The notes under the pieces are model-generated. The model had not been told where the DNA came from and did no database searches. It worked only from the letters and a program-made list of their open reading frames with translations. From Phycisphaerales bacterium UBA854 (lineage in GTDB: Bacteria > Planctomycetota > Phycisphaerae > Phycisphaerales > SM1A02): DNA of 64,000 nt. The stretch spans positions 9,623 to 73,622 of the forward strand of contig DBGM01000002.1 in assembly GCA_002295885.1 (NCBI GenBank), read 5' to 3'. Below are positions 7,217-16,833 of the stretch, in pieces. A program made the position numbers and the translations under genes. Positions within the stretch are counted from its first letter, which is position 1; every line of letters begins with the position of its first letter.

Positions 7217-9355
7217 TCACGCGTCCGGATCGTCGGGGTCTTCGGAGATCGGTTCGTCGTCGGGCATCAGCGGATCGTCGACCAGTCCCAGGGTCGCCCG
7301 GCGTTCCGCGTCCAGCTGGTCGTTGTAGCGACGCACGATCTCCTGGAGCAGATCGGGGGCGGATTCCGGGCGGCTGGCGAGGGTGTCCTGGTAGGCCCGG
7401 ATCCACATGTCGGGATCGTCGTGGATGCCGGCGGCATCTTCGTAGAGCGTCGCGCGGATGGCGGAGATGAACTTCATGTCGAGCAGCTGCTCGTCGAGCA
7501 GCCCCTCATCGATCGCCTGGATCAGGGTCAACGCGGCCGCGGGGGAGTCCTGCTCCAGCAGCATGGGAATCAGCCGCTTGAGAATCCGCAGCTGCATGGC
7601 CTCGTCGAGGCCGCCCCGGGAGAGGCTGGCATTGAGGATGCGGATGCGCAGCTGATCGTTCGCGTGCGGGATCGCACCGATCATGTCGTCGATCTCGAGG
7701 ATCCGGATCGGATCCTGGATCTCCGTCGCTTCGGCGACTGCATCGGCCCAGACTTCGGTGTGTTCGGTCGGTGGAGCCATCGCGAGGAGCATGCGCAGAC
7801 GCGGCAGGTCGGTGGCTCGACGTCGGGCGGCCGTGAGCGCGAATGGATAGATCCGATCGTCCGAGGCCCGTGTGAGCAGGGCATCGTCCCGACCCCGCTG
7901 CAGGAAGGCGTTGGCGACGGTGGCGCGGACCTCGGGGTCCGGGTTGTCCAGAATGACCTCCAGCGAGCGGAGATCGTCCTCGTTGCCGGTCAGCACCAGC
8001 AGAGGAGCGATGGACTGCCACGTGGAGGGCGCCAGTGCGGTCCGGGCGTCCCGTGCGATCCGGCGGCGGACCTCGTCGTCCAGTTCGGGATGCTCAAGCA
8101 GAATCGCCCGCAGGGTCCGGGCCGCGGGTTCGCGTAATTCGGGAACCCCGAGCAGGCGACGCGTGGGATCGACGGCGGAGATCGTACGACGTGCGGACAG
8201 GTAGTCCAGCAGCGACTTCAGGACCTCCTCGTCCTCCTCCAGTTCGAGTCGGGTGAGGACGACGGCATCGATCTCCACCTGGTCGAGCTGCTTGAGCAGC
8301 GCGGACGCCCGGCGTCGGGTCAGGGTGTCGGGATCGGTCAGCAGTCGTCCGACCGCCTCCTGCAGTTCGGGGGTGTCGTGTCCGTCACCGAGCATGAACG
8401 ACACCCGGAAGACCGCGAAGTTCCGCACCGCGGCCAGCGGATCGTCCAACAGTTCCAGCACCTTCTGCTGCTGCACGTCCAGGGGCAGCAGCGGCAGCAG
8501 ATCTGCGTAGGCCCAGATCATGCGTTGCGAGGCCAGGTCGGCTTCGGATTCGGCCTGCCGCAATCGGTGGTCGAAGGCGACGGTCGTCCGGTGCAGCGTG
8601 CCGATGGAGGTCTGCAGCAGTTCGGCGACGTCCGCTTGATCGAAGTCCGCCCACCATCGGATCCAGTCCGCCCGGTCCATCGTCGTGCCGGTCAGGGAGG
8701 CGAGCGCCGTCGTGGCGGTGTCCACGATCGGAGCCGGCGTGTCGTCCGGTTCGAGCATCGATACCAGCACGGCGACCGAAGGAACGGGATAGGCGTGGAA
8801 CGCGCCCAGGACCTCGATTGCACGCTGCCGGGCGGCGATCGGGCGATCGGTGTCGCGAGCCAGCGTGGCGACCGTCTCGAAGCATCCGCTGCCTGCGGCG
8901 GCGTAGCGAGCCAGCAGGACGCCGATCGAACCGACGGTGTCCTCGGGCGCGTCGGGCAGGATGGCCAGCAGGGCGGGGAGCAGATCGGGCGAAGGCACCG
9001 GCTGCCTCGCCTCCGCCATCAGCACGGCGAGAATCGGTTCGACGCGACCGCTGCGCAGGGCATCATTGAGGGCGGCGGTGCTTTCCAGACTTCGCATGCG
9101 CACCAGCGCGTCGGCGGCCGACGTGCGACGCTGGAGGCCGACCTCGGCATCGGGTTCCAGAAGGATCGTGGCCTGCTGCTGGAGCCGCTGCTGCTCCTCG
9201 GTGGTCAGTGGCCGGTGGTAGGTGTCGGCGATCACGCCGCCCGCACCGATCAGGAGCAGGCATGCCGCCACCATTCCGTGGAGGCTCGATCGTGCAGCTG
9301 TGGTGCGCGGGTCCGGCATGGTCGCGGGCATTGTAGGCCGGATGGCGGTCCGCAC
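7217..9355 (-). CDS. HEAT/ARM-like repeat protein with N-terminal membrane anchor (function unknown)
   Basis: 712-aa ORF. TM segment MVAACLLLIGAGGVIA. HEAT-like units such as LDDPLAAVRNFAVFRV and LDNPDPEVRATVANAFLQRG. Its stop codon abuts the cobB start codon. Confidence 0.7.
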   Translation of the reverse strand: MRTAIRPTMPATMPDPRTTAARSSLHGMVAACLLLIGAGGVIADTYHRPLTTEEQQRLQQQATILLEPDAEVGLQRRTSAADALVRMRSLESTAALNDALRSGRVEPILAVLMAEARQPVPSPDLLPALLAILPDAPEDTVGSIGVLLARYAAAGSGCFETVATLARDTDRPIAARQRAIEVLGAFHAYPVPSVAVLVSMLEPDDTPAPIVDTATTALASLTGTTMDRADWIRWWADFDQADVAELLQTSIGTLHRTTVAFDHRLRQAESEADLASQRMIWAYADLLPLLPLDVQQQKVLELLDDPLAAVRNFAVFRVSFMLGDGHDTPELQEAVGRLLTDPDTLTRRRASALLKQLDQVEIDAVVLTRLELEEDEEVLKSLLDYLSARRTISAVDPTRRLLGVPELREPAARTLRAILLEHPELDDEVRRRIARDARTALAPSTWQSIAPLLVLTGNEDDLRSLEVILDNPDPEVRATVANAFLQRGRDDALLTRASDDRIYPFALTAARRRATDLPRLRMLLAMAPPTEHTEVWADAVAEATEIQDPIRILEIDDMIGAIPHANDQLRIRILNASLSRGGLDEAMQLRILKRLIPMLLEQDSPAAALTLIQAIDEGLLDEQLLDMKFISAIRATLYEDAAGIHDDPDMWIRAYQDTLASRPESAPDLLQEIVRRYNDQLDAERRATLGLVDDPLMPDDEPISEDPDDPDA

Positions 9356-9429
9356 CGGCTGCCGACGGTCTCCGGTCGGGGTACACTGTGGGTTGCTCGA
9401 TCGCCGGAAGCGTCGAGGGGAGCAATGCG

Positions 9430-10776
9430 ATGAACGAATGGCAGCAGGCGGAGCGACATGCCGACCGGGCCCTGGAACTCTTCGATCGGGGGTTCCTGGA
9501 GGAAGCCGAGTCGGAGCTGCGCAAGGCTCTGGCCATCCAGCCGGATCAGGCCGACTGGCAGTTCAATCTCGGATTGACCCTCGAGGCCGCCCAGCGTGAT
9601 CGCGAGGCGATGGAGCAGTTCGAACGTGCCGCGGGACTGGCCCCTGATCAGGTGCATCCCAATCTGGCCGTCGCCTCGCTGGCCTTCCGCCTGCAGCTCT
9701 GGTCCCGTTCCGCTGCAGCCTACGAACGCGTGCTGCGTCTCGATCCGAGCTGTGAGGAGGCGCACGCGGGACGCATCGAATGCTTCACCGCGACCGGCGA
9801 GCACGAGGAGGCCGAGACGGCCTTCTACCTCGCGGAGCTGGCCATGGAGGATTCGAGTGCCATCTGCCTGCAGGCGGTCGCGACCAGCCTGGTGCATCGC
9901 AGACGGTTCGAGCGGGCGGAGTGGTGTCTTCGCGAAGCCATCCGGATCGACTCCGAACTGACCGACGCCCCGATCCAGTTGGCCATGCTGCTGGCGGAGA
10001 CGGATCGCGACGCCGATGCCCTCAAGATCTTCAGCGACCTGCTCCGCCTTCGTCCCGAGGATCCGTCCGTCCTGTTGTCGTCGGCGAGACTGTTCGTGAA
10101 GTTGGATCGGCTGCCCGAGGCGATCGGTCGCCTCGAACACCTGCTGCGCATCGATCCGATTCATCTCGAGGCCCACCATCTGCTGGCGGATCTCTCGCTT
10201 CGTTCGCATCACTACGACCGCGCGATGCTGGAATACCAGCTGGTCCTTCGTCTGCATCCCATGCAGATGACGGCCCTGATCGGACTCATCGAGGCTCTGG
10301 TCCGCACGAACCGGCTGCGGGAGGCGGCAAGACTGCTCGGAGTCGCTCTCCAGCAATGGGACGGGTTTCGCGAGCACGACGCCGCGGGAGCCCGGCGTCA
10401 GACGGACCGGGTGGCGGAACTGCTGCTGTCCGTCGATCTCAACGAAGAGGCCGCGACGCTGCTCGAGGCCGACGCGCACGATGAGCCGTCGGCGGAGCGG
10501 CTGCGTCGGCTCGCCATGGCGAGGTACCGGTCCGGCCGGCTGGCCGCCGGCATGCAGGCCAGTCGGGCTGTGTTGCTGAAGGAACGAGACTGCATCCGTT
10601 CGCTGCACAACATGGTGCTCGCATCGATCATGCGTGGCCGCCTGGTGCATGCGTCGGCCTGGTTGCGACGGGCCCTGCGGGCCCATCCACGCGACGAGGG
10701 GCTGCGACGGCTGCGTTTCAGACTGTGGGCGCAGTGGGCAGTCCGCCGGTGCGGCTTGGGCCGCCGCAGCGTCTGA
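9430..10776 (+). CDS. tetratricopeptide-repeat (TPR) protein
   Basis: ORF 9388..10776 with the ATG at 9430 preferred (MNEWQQAERHADRALELFDRGFLEEAESELRKALAI). Repeated 34-aa A/L/Y-patterned helices run throughout. Confidence 0.75.
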   Translation: MNEWQQAERHADRALELFDRGFLEEAESELRKALAIQPDQADWQFNLGLTLEAAQRDREAMEQFERAAGLAPDQVHPNLAVASLAFRLQLWSRSAAAYERVLRLDPSCEEAHAGRIECFTATGEHEEAETAFYLAELAMEDSSAICLQAVATSLVHRRRFERAEWCLREAIRIDSELTDAPIQLAMLLAETDRDADALKIFSDLLRLRPEDPSVLLSSARLFVKLDRLPEAIGRLEHLLRIDPIHLEAHHLLADLSLRSHHYDRAMLEYQLVLRLHPMQMTALIGLIEALVRTNRLREAARLLGVALQQWDGFREHDAAGARRQTDRVAELLLSVDLNEEAATLLEADAHDEPSAERLRRLAMARYRSGRLAAGMQASRAVLLKERDCIRSLHNMVLASIMRGRLVHASAWLRRALRAHPRDEGLRRLRFRLWAQWAVRRCGLGRRSV

Positions 10777-10795
10777 CCGTCATCGCCCGATCAAT

Positions 10796-11026
10796 TCAAA
10801 GGGTGCCGCTGGTGTAGGGCAGGAGGGCCATCGAGCGTGCCCGCTTGATCGCCTGGGCGACCTTGCGCTGCTCGTTGGCCGAGGTGCCCAGCCGCTTGCG
10901 CGAGTAGATCTTGCCGTTGGGGGTCATGAGGCGTCGGAGTTCGTCGACCTGCTTGTAGTCGACCCAGACGCAGTCCTTGACTCCGCGCTTCAGAAAGTTT
11001 GAACGTTGTGGCTTGCGACCAATCAC
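10796..11026 (-). CDS. rpsR: 30S ribosomal protein S18
   Basis: Sequence [74 protein letters not shown] start at 11024-11026 lies 5 nt downstream of AGGAGA. The longer tracked ORF (to 11128) has no S18-like N-terminus. Confidence 0.85.
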   Translation of the reverse strand: MIGRKPQRSNFLKRGVKDCVWVDYKQVDELRRLMTPNGKIYSRKRLGTSANEQRKVAQAIKRARSMALLPYTSGTL

Positions 11027-11181
11027 TGTGCTTCTCCTCGCGTCGTGGACACCGGGAACCGGCAGCCCCGATCCGACGGGAACGGGGCGACGAACTGAAT
11101 AGTGTACCTGATCCCCCCGTGGGAACAAGGATCCGGCTTCTCGGCAGGTTTTTGCCCGTTTCTGGCCGATGAATCAGGGAC

Positions 11182-11850
11182 ATGAACGACCAGACCATGC
11201 CCCCGCTGATCGGAGTGACGCCCGATCGTCTCGAAGGCCGGATCCAGGTCCGCCCTTCGTATCTCGAGGCAGTCCGGTACGCGGGCGGGCTGCCCGTGGT
11301 GCTTTCGGGTGATTCCTCGGATATTCCGGCGATCCTTCGCCGCATGGACGGATTCGTGTTCACCGGAGGTGACGATCCCATCATGGAATCGTTCGGGGAG
11401 ACCACGCATCCCGAGGCCTGTCGGATCGATCCCCGCAGACAGACGTTCGAACTCGCCCTGCTGGCCGCGTTGGACGATCACGCCTCGGTACCGGTCCTGG
11501 GAGTCTGCCTCGGCATGCAGTTGATGGGGCTGCACGCGGGGGGGCGGCTCGATCAGCATCTGCCCGACACCCTGTCCACCGCGGCGGATCACGCCGACGG
11601 CACGCCCCATCCGATCGAAGGGCTGCTGGGCACCGGCATCGTCTGGAGCCGGCATCGGCAGGCCATCACCGATCCGGGATCGCTGGAGGTCGTCGCCCGG
11701 GCAGGAGACGGAGTCATCGAGGCGATTGCCGATCCCGATCGTCCGATGTACCTCGGAGTGCAGTGGCATCCGGAGCGGACCGACGATCCCGTGCTCGGCG
11801 CGGACCTCTTCCGGCGACTCGTCCATCGGGCGCGTGGCGACGGCGGTTGA
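11182..11850 (+). CDS. class I glutamine amidotransferase / gamma-glutamyl hydrolase (peptidase C26) family
   Basis: Nucleophile motif GVCLGMQLM and LGVQWHPE. 222 aa. Confidence 0.75.
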   Translation: MNDQTMPPLIGVTPDRLEGRIQVRPSYLEAVRYAGGLPVVLSGDSSDIPAILRRMDGFVFTGGDDPIMESFGETTHPEACRIDPRRQTFELALLAALDDHASVPVLGVCLGMQLMGLHAGGRLDQHLPDTLSTAADHADGTPHPIEGLLGTGIVWSRHRQAITDPGSLEVVARAGDGVIEAIADPDRPMYLGVQWHPERTDDPVLGADLFRRLVHRARGDGG

Positions 11851-11885
11851 CGGCTACACTGCACTGATTCCGCAGGAAACGGATC

Positions 11886-13067
11886 ATGCTCCATGAATCT
11901 CCATTGAAGTCGTTGCTCGTGGCCGAGGCCGCGTCGCGCCACGCCGACCGGAGTCCGGTCGCGGGCGGCCAGCGTCCGGGTGCGGCGACGGGGCAGCCGG
12001 TGGAGGAGGCCAAGGCGGAGTTCATCCCCTGGGGGCCTCCCGATGAGCGGGGGGACGTGGCGTGCGAGATCCTCTCCACCCTTGGATCGGTGGAACTCGA
12101 ATACGCTCCGATCCGCCGGTCGCTCGTCCGGTTCGACTCGTCCATGCGCGGAACGCTCACCGTCGAGGGGGACGATGCCCGCGACTTCATGGATCGGATG
12201 CTGACCCAGAAGCTGAAGGACATCGCACCGTCGAAGGGCGCCTGCGCGTTTCTCGTCGATCGGACCGGCCGCCTGCAGGCGGACCTCAAGCTGCTCAATC
12301 TCGGCGATCGTCTGCTGGTGGACGTGGACATCCATCAGTCCGCCGCCGTCGCCTCCACGCTCGAGGGCTTCGTCTTCTCGGAGGACGTGCGGATCGAGGA
12401 GGTCAGCGATCGATGGCATCGCATCGAACTGCACGGTCCCGAAGCCGGATCGCCCTTCGGGGACCTCGAACCGATGGACGGCTGCACGCTGGAGATCGCC
12501 GGCCGCACGGTGCACGTGCTGCGGCACGACCGGCTGGGTGTTCCCGGGTACGACCTGTTCGTCCCGTTCGAGCATGCGGCCGACGTCTGGTCGGCCCTCG
12601 ACTGCACCACGACCGGATGGTTCGCCTACAACATGGCACGGATCGAAGGCGGCACTCCCATGTGCAACATCGACTTCGGCCCCGGAACGCTTCCGCACGA
12701 GACGTCGCTCATCTCCAGTCGGGTGAACTTCAACAAGGGGTGCTACCCCGGACAGGAGATCGTCGCCCGGCTCGAGCACCGGGGCAGTCCCAAGCAGGTC
12801 CTTCGCGGCCTTCGCATGCGCGGCGACACCCTGCCCGTCGCGGGCAGTCAGGTGTTCCCCGCTGCTGAGGGCGTGCTGGGGCAGCCGATCGGCATGGTGA
12901 CCTCCAGTTGTCTGTCGCCCATGCTCGGTTCCACCCCGATCGCGTTCGCGATGCTTCGTACCAAGTCCTCCGAACCCGGGGCCACCGTCCGGGTGCACGA
13001 CGAGGGCGAGGGCGGCGAGGCGGTGATCGGTCCTCTGGAATTCCTGGAGCAGGAGACGGCATCGTGA
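11886..13067 (+). CDS. ygfZ: folate-binding YgfZ/GcvT-family protein
   Basis: Aminomethyltransferase-fold pattern with the C-terminal signature NFNKGCYPGQEIVARLEHRG (KGCYxGQE). Confidence 0.65.
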   Translation: MLHESPLKSLLVAEAASRHADRSPVAGGQRPGAATGQPVEEAKAEFIPWGPPDERGDVACEILSTLGSVELEYAPIRRSLVRFDSSMRGTLTVEGDDARDFMDRMLTQKLKDIAPSKGACAFLVDRTGRLQADLKLLNLGDRLLVDVDIHQSAAVASTLEGFVFSEDVRIEEVSDRWHRIELHGPEAGSPFGDLEPMDGCTLEIAGRTVHVLRHDRLGVPGYDLFVPFEHAADVWSALDCTTTGWFAYNMARIEGGTPMCNIDFGPGTLPHETSLISSRVNFNKGCYPGQEIVARLEHRGSPKQVLRGLRMRGDTLPVAGSQVFPAAEGVLGQPIGMVTSSCLSPMLGSTPIAFAMLRTKSSEPGATVRVHDEGEGGEAVIGPLEFLEQETAS

Positions 13068-13228
13068 CCGCTCCGACGACCGCTCCGCCCGTGCCGGCCG
13101 ACACGCTGGGGGCCGTTTCGACCGCCGAACTGGTGCTGCTGGGATTCGGCCTGGTGATCACCATCCTGATGGTCGTGGGCATGATTCTGCTCATTCTCCG
13201 GTTCGCGAAGGAACGGGACGAATCATGA
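13064..13228 (+). CDS. small single-pass membrane protein (hypothetical)
   Basis: A GTG at 13064 overlaps the ygfZ stop (GTGA), and its own stop overlaps the HMG-CoA lyase ATG (ATGA). Sequence VTAPTTAPPVPADTLGAVSTAELVLLGFGLVITILMVVGMILLILRFAKERDES has one clear TM helix. No family was recognised. Confidence 0.4.
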   Translation: MTAPTTAPPVPADTLGAVSTAELVLLGFGLVITILMVVGMILLILRFAKERDES

Positions 13229-14100
13229 CGCGTCCCGACTCGATCCGCATCACCGACGTCGGTCCCCGTGACGGACTCCAGAACGAATCCGTCTCCATTC
13301 CGGTGGAGGCGAAGATCGCACTGGTCGACCGGCTCGCGCAGAGCGGAGTCGCGGAGATCGAGGTCAGTTCGTTCGTGAATCCCCAGTGGGTTCCCCAGCT
13401 GGCCGACGCCGAGGCGGTCTTCGCCGGCATCGAGCGCAGAAGCGACGTGGTCTACTCGGCGCTGGTTCCCAATCTTCGCGGCTGGGAACGTGCCCGCCGG
13501 GTCGGCGTCGACAAGATCGCCGTGTTCACCACCGCCAGCGAGACCTTCGCCCGCCGCAACACCAACTGCACGATCGCCGAGAGCCTGGATCGCTTCGCCC
13601 CCGTGGTGGAGGCGGCCCGCGCCGATTCGATTCCCGTGCGTGGCTACGTCAGCTGTGTCGTCGCGTGCCCCTACGAGGGTCCGGTCGATGCCGCGGCGGT
13701 CCGACAGGTCACGACCTCCCTGCTGGAGCTGGGCGTCGACGAGATCGATCTGGGAGACACCATCGGGGTCGCCACCGTCGAGGACATCGACCGGTTGCTC
13801 GATGCCGTGTCGTCCCTGGTCGAACCGGGCGAACTCAGTCTGCATCTGCACGACACCGGGGGCTCGGCACTGGCTTGCTGCCGACGGGCCATCGAGCGGG
13901 GCGTGCGTCGCTTCGACTCCTCGTGCGGGGGCCTGGGCGGCTGTCCGTACGCCCCCGGCGCCTCCGGCAATCTGGCCACGGAGGACCTGGTGGAGTTGTG
14001 TCGGGGCGAGGGGATCGACTGCGGGGTCGAACTCGATTCGATTCGCGAGGCGTCTGCAGCCGTCGCATCGGTCATCGGGCGTCCGCTGCGGACGGGGTGA
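13225..14100 (+). CDS. hydroxymethylglutaryl-CoA lyase
   Basis: Motifs ITDVGPRDGLQNE, SFVNPQWVPQ, HLHDTGG and GGLGGCPYAPGASGNLATEDL. Confidence 0.9.
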   Translation: MTRPDSIRITDVGPRDGLQNESVSIPVEAKIALVDRLAQSGVAEIEVSSFVNPQWVPQLADAEAVFAGIERRSDVVYSALVPNLRGWERARRVGVDKIAVFTTASETFARRNTNCTIAESLDRFAPVVEAARADSIPVRGYVSCVVACPYEGPVDAAAVRQVTTSLLELGVDEIDLGDTIGVATVEDIDRLLDAVSSLVEPGELSLHLHDTGGSALACCRRAIERGVRRFDSSCGGLGGCPYAPGASGNLATEDLVELCRGEGIDCGVELDSIREASAAVASVIGRPLRTG

Positions 14101-14914
14101 GCCGCATCGGTTCGAGATCGACGGTCTCGACGGGATCCTCATCGAGTGTCCACTCGGCATGGCGACGCAGAATCCGGTGCACATGCACGCGGTGCTCCAC
14201 GATCCGGACCGCCCAGGGGCGCCCGGGCCAGGTGGGGCTTCCCGTGTTCACGACGATCCGGGGACCGACCCTCCAGATGCCCTGGCGGTGCGAGTGCCCC
14301 ACCAGCACCACCTGCGCTGCGGGCTGGAGATGCGTCGCGTAGCGGTCGCTCCACCGGGGGAAGTTCCGCCAGTACCGCATGATCTTCCAGAGCACCATCG
14401 GGCGCGACACCGCGTAGCCGACGGATCCGAGCAGGTTGCGAGGGGTCTCGAGTTCCTCCGGGGGAGGGATCAGCCGGCGGGCGCGGGCGAACGACTCCTC
14501 CAGCGCCGAGGCATCGAGCAGGTGTTCGCAGCACATCGAGTGCTCGTCGCCGGACTCCATGATCTGGCCTTCGACCAGCGGTCGGGGTTCGAGCCGGTGA
14601 ATGGTGTGCCCATGCGTGATCAGCACGCGGCCTTCGCGTACCGAGAGTCGGCTCAGCGAGCTGATGAACGGATCGTGATTGCCGGCGACGGCGCACACCT
14701 CGACACCGTCCTCCCGGCAGGCCTGCACCAGTTTCCGGGTCTCCCGCTCCGCGGTCTCCACGCAATCCGGATCATGCAGTTCCGCCGTGTCACCGTTGAG
14801 GATCAGTCGATCCACATCACGCCACAGGGGGCGCAGCTTCGCGGCGGTGGGAATGCCTCGCTTGCGATCGCCGAGATGCAGGTCGGACAGGATGAGCAGG
14901 GACGGGGCCGGCAC
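14072..14914 (-). CDS. metallophosphoesterase (calcineurin-like)
   Basis: Motifs LILSDLHLGD, LNGDTAE, AGNHD and GHTH/GHSH. Its 3' end overlaps the convergent lyase gene by 29 nt. Confidence 0.8.
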   Translation of the reverse strand: MPAPSLLILSDLHLGDRKRGIPTAAKLRPLWRDVDRLILNGDTAELHDPDCVETAERETRKLVQACREDGVEVCAVAGNHDPFISSLSRLSVREGRVLITHGHTIHRLEPRPLVEGQIMESGDEHSMCCEHLLDASALEESFARARRLIPPPEELETPRNLLGSVGYAVSRPMVLWKIMRYWRNFPRWSDRYATHLQPAAQVVLVGHSHRQGIWRVGPRIVVNTGSPTWPGRPWAVRIVEHRVHVHRILRRHAEWTLDEDPVETVDLEPMRLTPSAADAR

Positions 14915-14923
14915 CCCGGCAGA

Positions 14924-16273
14924 TTACTCGTGCTCGGGCCAGCGTGTGCGTGCTCCGGGCCCGATGGTGAGGCAGTTCTTGCCGCGACGCTTGGATTCAA
15001 GTGCACGCTGGTCGGCGATGTGGAGCAGCGCCTCGCCGTCCTGGCCGTCCCACGGGAACGACGCCAGTCCGCCGGAGATGCTCAGGGTCCCCGGTGCATC
15101 CAGCCCCAGTTCCGGGAAGCGCATGGCGCAGATCTGTTCCTGGAAGCGTCGGGCAATGGCCTCGACCGACTCGGGGTGCGTGGAACCCGGCGTTCGCGGT
15201 GCCTGCATGTCCGCGAAGATCACGGCGAACTCGTCGCCGCCGATCCGACAGACCCGATCCCCGTCGCGGATGGTCGATCCGAGCAGGCGGACGGTCTCGC
15301 GGAGAATGGTGTCTCCGGCACTGTGTCCGTACCGGTCGTTGTAGGTCTTGAAGTCGTCGATGTCGAAGACCATGACGGTGAGCTGCCGACGGATGCGGCG
15401 GGCTTCGACCAGCGATTCCGCCAGGAACTCCTTGAGGTACCGGCGGTTCCAGGCCGAGGTGAGCTCGTCCTGGAAGGCCATCTCCCGCAGCTCGCGCTGC
15501 GCATCGTCGAGGGCGAGCCACCGGGCCATCCAGTGGGCCCACGGCCGCACCGCTTCGCAGGATGCCGGTGCGGCGAGGAGGAAACCGAACTCCTGTCCAC
15601 CGAAGCGGATCGCGGCGCCCCGTCCGGTCGCGTCCTCCGGTTCGATGCGCACATCGCTCCAGCCCGTCTTCTGGGTGACCATCTGCAGGAGCAGGGGGCG
15701 GACTCCGTAGGGGCCGTGCAGCATGGCTTCGACGAGATCGGTGTCACCGAGCGGTTCGAGGGATCGCGGCAGCGTCGGCAGGGGGGCCGTCGGAGGATCC
15801 GCCGTCTCGCGGGAGTCGTGCTGCGGAGCGGGAGCGACCTCGGCCGGCGGGGCGGTCGTCGGGGTTGGTGCGGGCGCCGGCGGAGGCGTCGTCGAAGCGG
15901 GGGCCGGAACATCGGAGGTTCCGTCCAGCAGTCGGGTCAGTGACCGGTCGTCGACCGGAGCACGGACATGACCGTCGAATCGGGCGGCCAGCGCGGGAGA
16001 CACCGCATCGTCGGAGACGAGCACGACCAGCACGGTCGCATCCAGTCGCCGGATGGCGTCCGCGGAATGCGCGAGATCCTCGATTCCCCCTTCGGTGGGA
16101 GCAAGCAGGACGGCTTCGATCGGTCGGCCGGCCGGGCAGATCGCGATGGCGCCCAGCGCCTGGAAGATCGAGTCCATGACCGTGGTTTCGATCCGGACAT
16201 CCGGGCCGAGATCGACGGGGCCGATCGTGAGGATCCGTCGACGCGACGCTCGGGATGAGGGAGCGGAGGTCAT
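14924..16273 (-). CDS. diguanylate cyclase (GGDEF) with degenerate receiver-like N-terminus and Pro-rich linker
   Basis: Motifs DIDDFKTYNDRYGHSAGD and RIGGDEFAV. The N-terminal ~120 aa have a beta-alpha pattern without an obvious phospho-acceptor context. Linker PAPASTTPPPAPAPTPTTAPP. Confidence 0.85.
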   Translation of the reverse strand: MTSAPSSRASRRRILTIGPVDLGPDVRIETTVMDSIFQALGAIAICPAGRPIEAVLLAPTEGGIEDLAHSADAIRRLDATVLVVLVSDDAVSPALAARFDGHVRAPVDDRSLTRLLDGTSDVPAPASTTPPPAPAPTPTTAPPAEVAPAPQHDSRETADPPTAPLPTLPRSLEPLGDTDLVEAMLHGPYGVRPLLLQMVTQKTGWSDVRIEPEDATGRGAAIRFGGQEFGFLLAAPASCEAVRPWAHWMARWLALDDAQRELREMAFQDELTSAWNRRYLKEFLAESLVEARRIRRQLTVMVFDIDDFKTYNDRYGHSAGDTILRETVRLLGSTIRDGDRVCRIGGDEFAVIFADMQAPRTPGSTHPESVEAIARRFQEQICAMRFPELGLDAPGTLSISGGLASFPWDGQDGEALLHIADQRALESKRRGKNCLTIGPGARTRWPEHE

Positions 16274-16752
16274 GGGGTCTCGGGATCCGGTCGACCGTGC
16301 AGGAGCATCGACACTTCGTCGTGCGTCAGCGGTTCGGGACGGAACGGATAGGACGGCGGGATGTCGCTCTCGTCCTCGGGCTCGGGCTGCGCAGCGGTGC
16401 GGCTGGCGGTCTGGTTGAGGGGGAGAATCTCCTCACCGTTCCATCGCCAGAGGGGAAGATCCGGCACGTGTTCCCGAACGGCATCCTGCAGGGCCTGGAG
16501 ATCGTCGGTTCCGTCCGGATCCACCACCAGCAGGCCGGGCAGCGCGACGACCTCTTCGTCCCAGGCGTGCTGGAGTTGCAGCGTTCGTCGAACGAGACAC
16601 GCTTCGGCGAAGGCCATCCTCGTGTCGTGCTCGATGCGCGACGACCAGCCCTTGTCCGCGATGCAACCGGGCAGTCGACCGTCCAGCGGCCGGTCGGCGG
16701 CAGCCAGCACCACGCAGGGGGCCATCGAGGATGGGTTGTTGGCATCGCTCAT
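16270..16752 (-). CDS. hypothetical protein (possible pseudo-receiver)
   Basis: ORF 16270..16821 with the ATG at 16750-16752 preferred (MSDANNPSS). ATGA overlap with the downstream GGDEF gene. No family motif recognised. Confidence 0.55.
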   Translation of the reverse strand: MSDANNPSSMAPCVVLAAADRPLDGRLPGCIADKGWSSRIEHDTRMAFAEACLVRRTLQLQHAWDEEVVALPGLLVVDPDGTDDLQALQDAVREHVPDLPLWRWNGEEILPLNQTASRTAAQPEPEDESDIPPSYPFRPEPLTHDEVSMLLHGRPDPETP

Positions 16753-16833
16753 GACGTGCGTCACCTTTCGACGTAACCCGAATTCTACCTGCCAAGGCGG
16801 GCGACGCCATTGGAATTGCATGATTTGCAGGCT

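Noticed and set aside
13490-15943. Very long ORFs on the opposite strand or in an alternative frame of recognised genes. Examples are 13490..15943 (817 aa), 9250..10686, 11589..12998, 12730..14184, 39698..41689, 40012..42507, 42930..44078, 44266..45717 and 46577..47791.
   Set aside because: They are Arg/Pro/Gly/Ala-rich and carry no family motifs. Each is fully shadowed by an ORF with clear signatures (lyase, GGDEF, TPR, YgfZ, Wzy, Wzx, FG-GAP, GT4). Stop-codon-poor GC-rich DNA routinely generates such frames.
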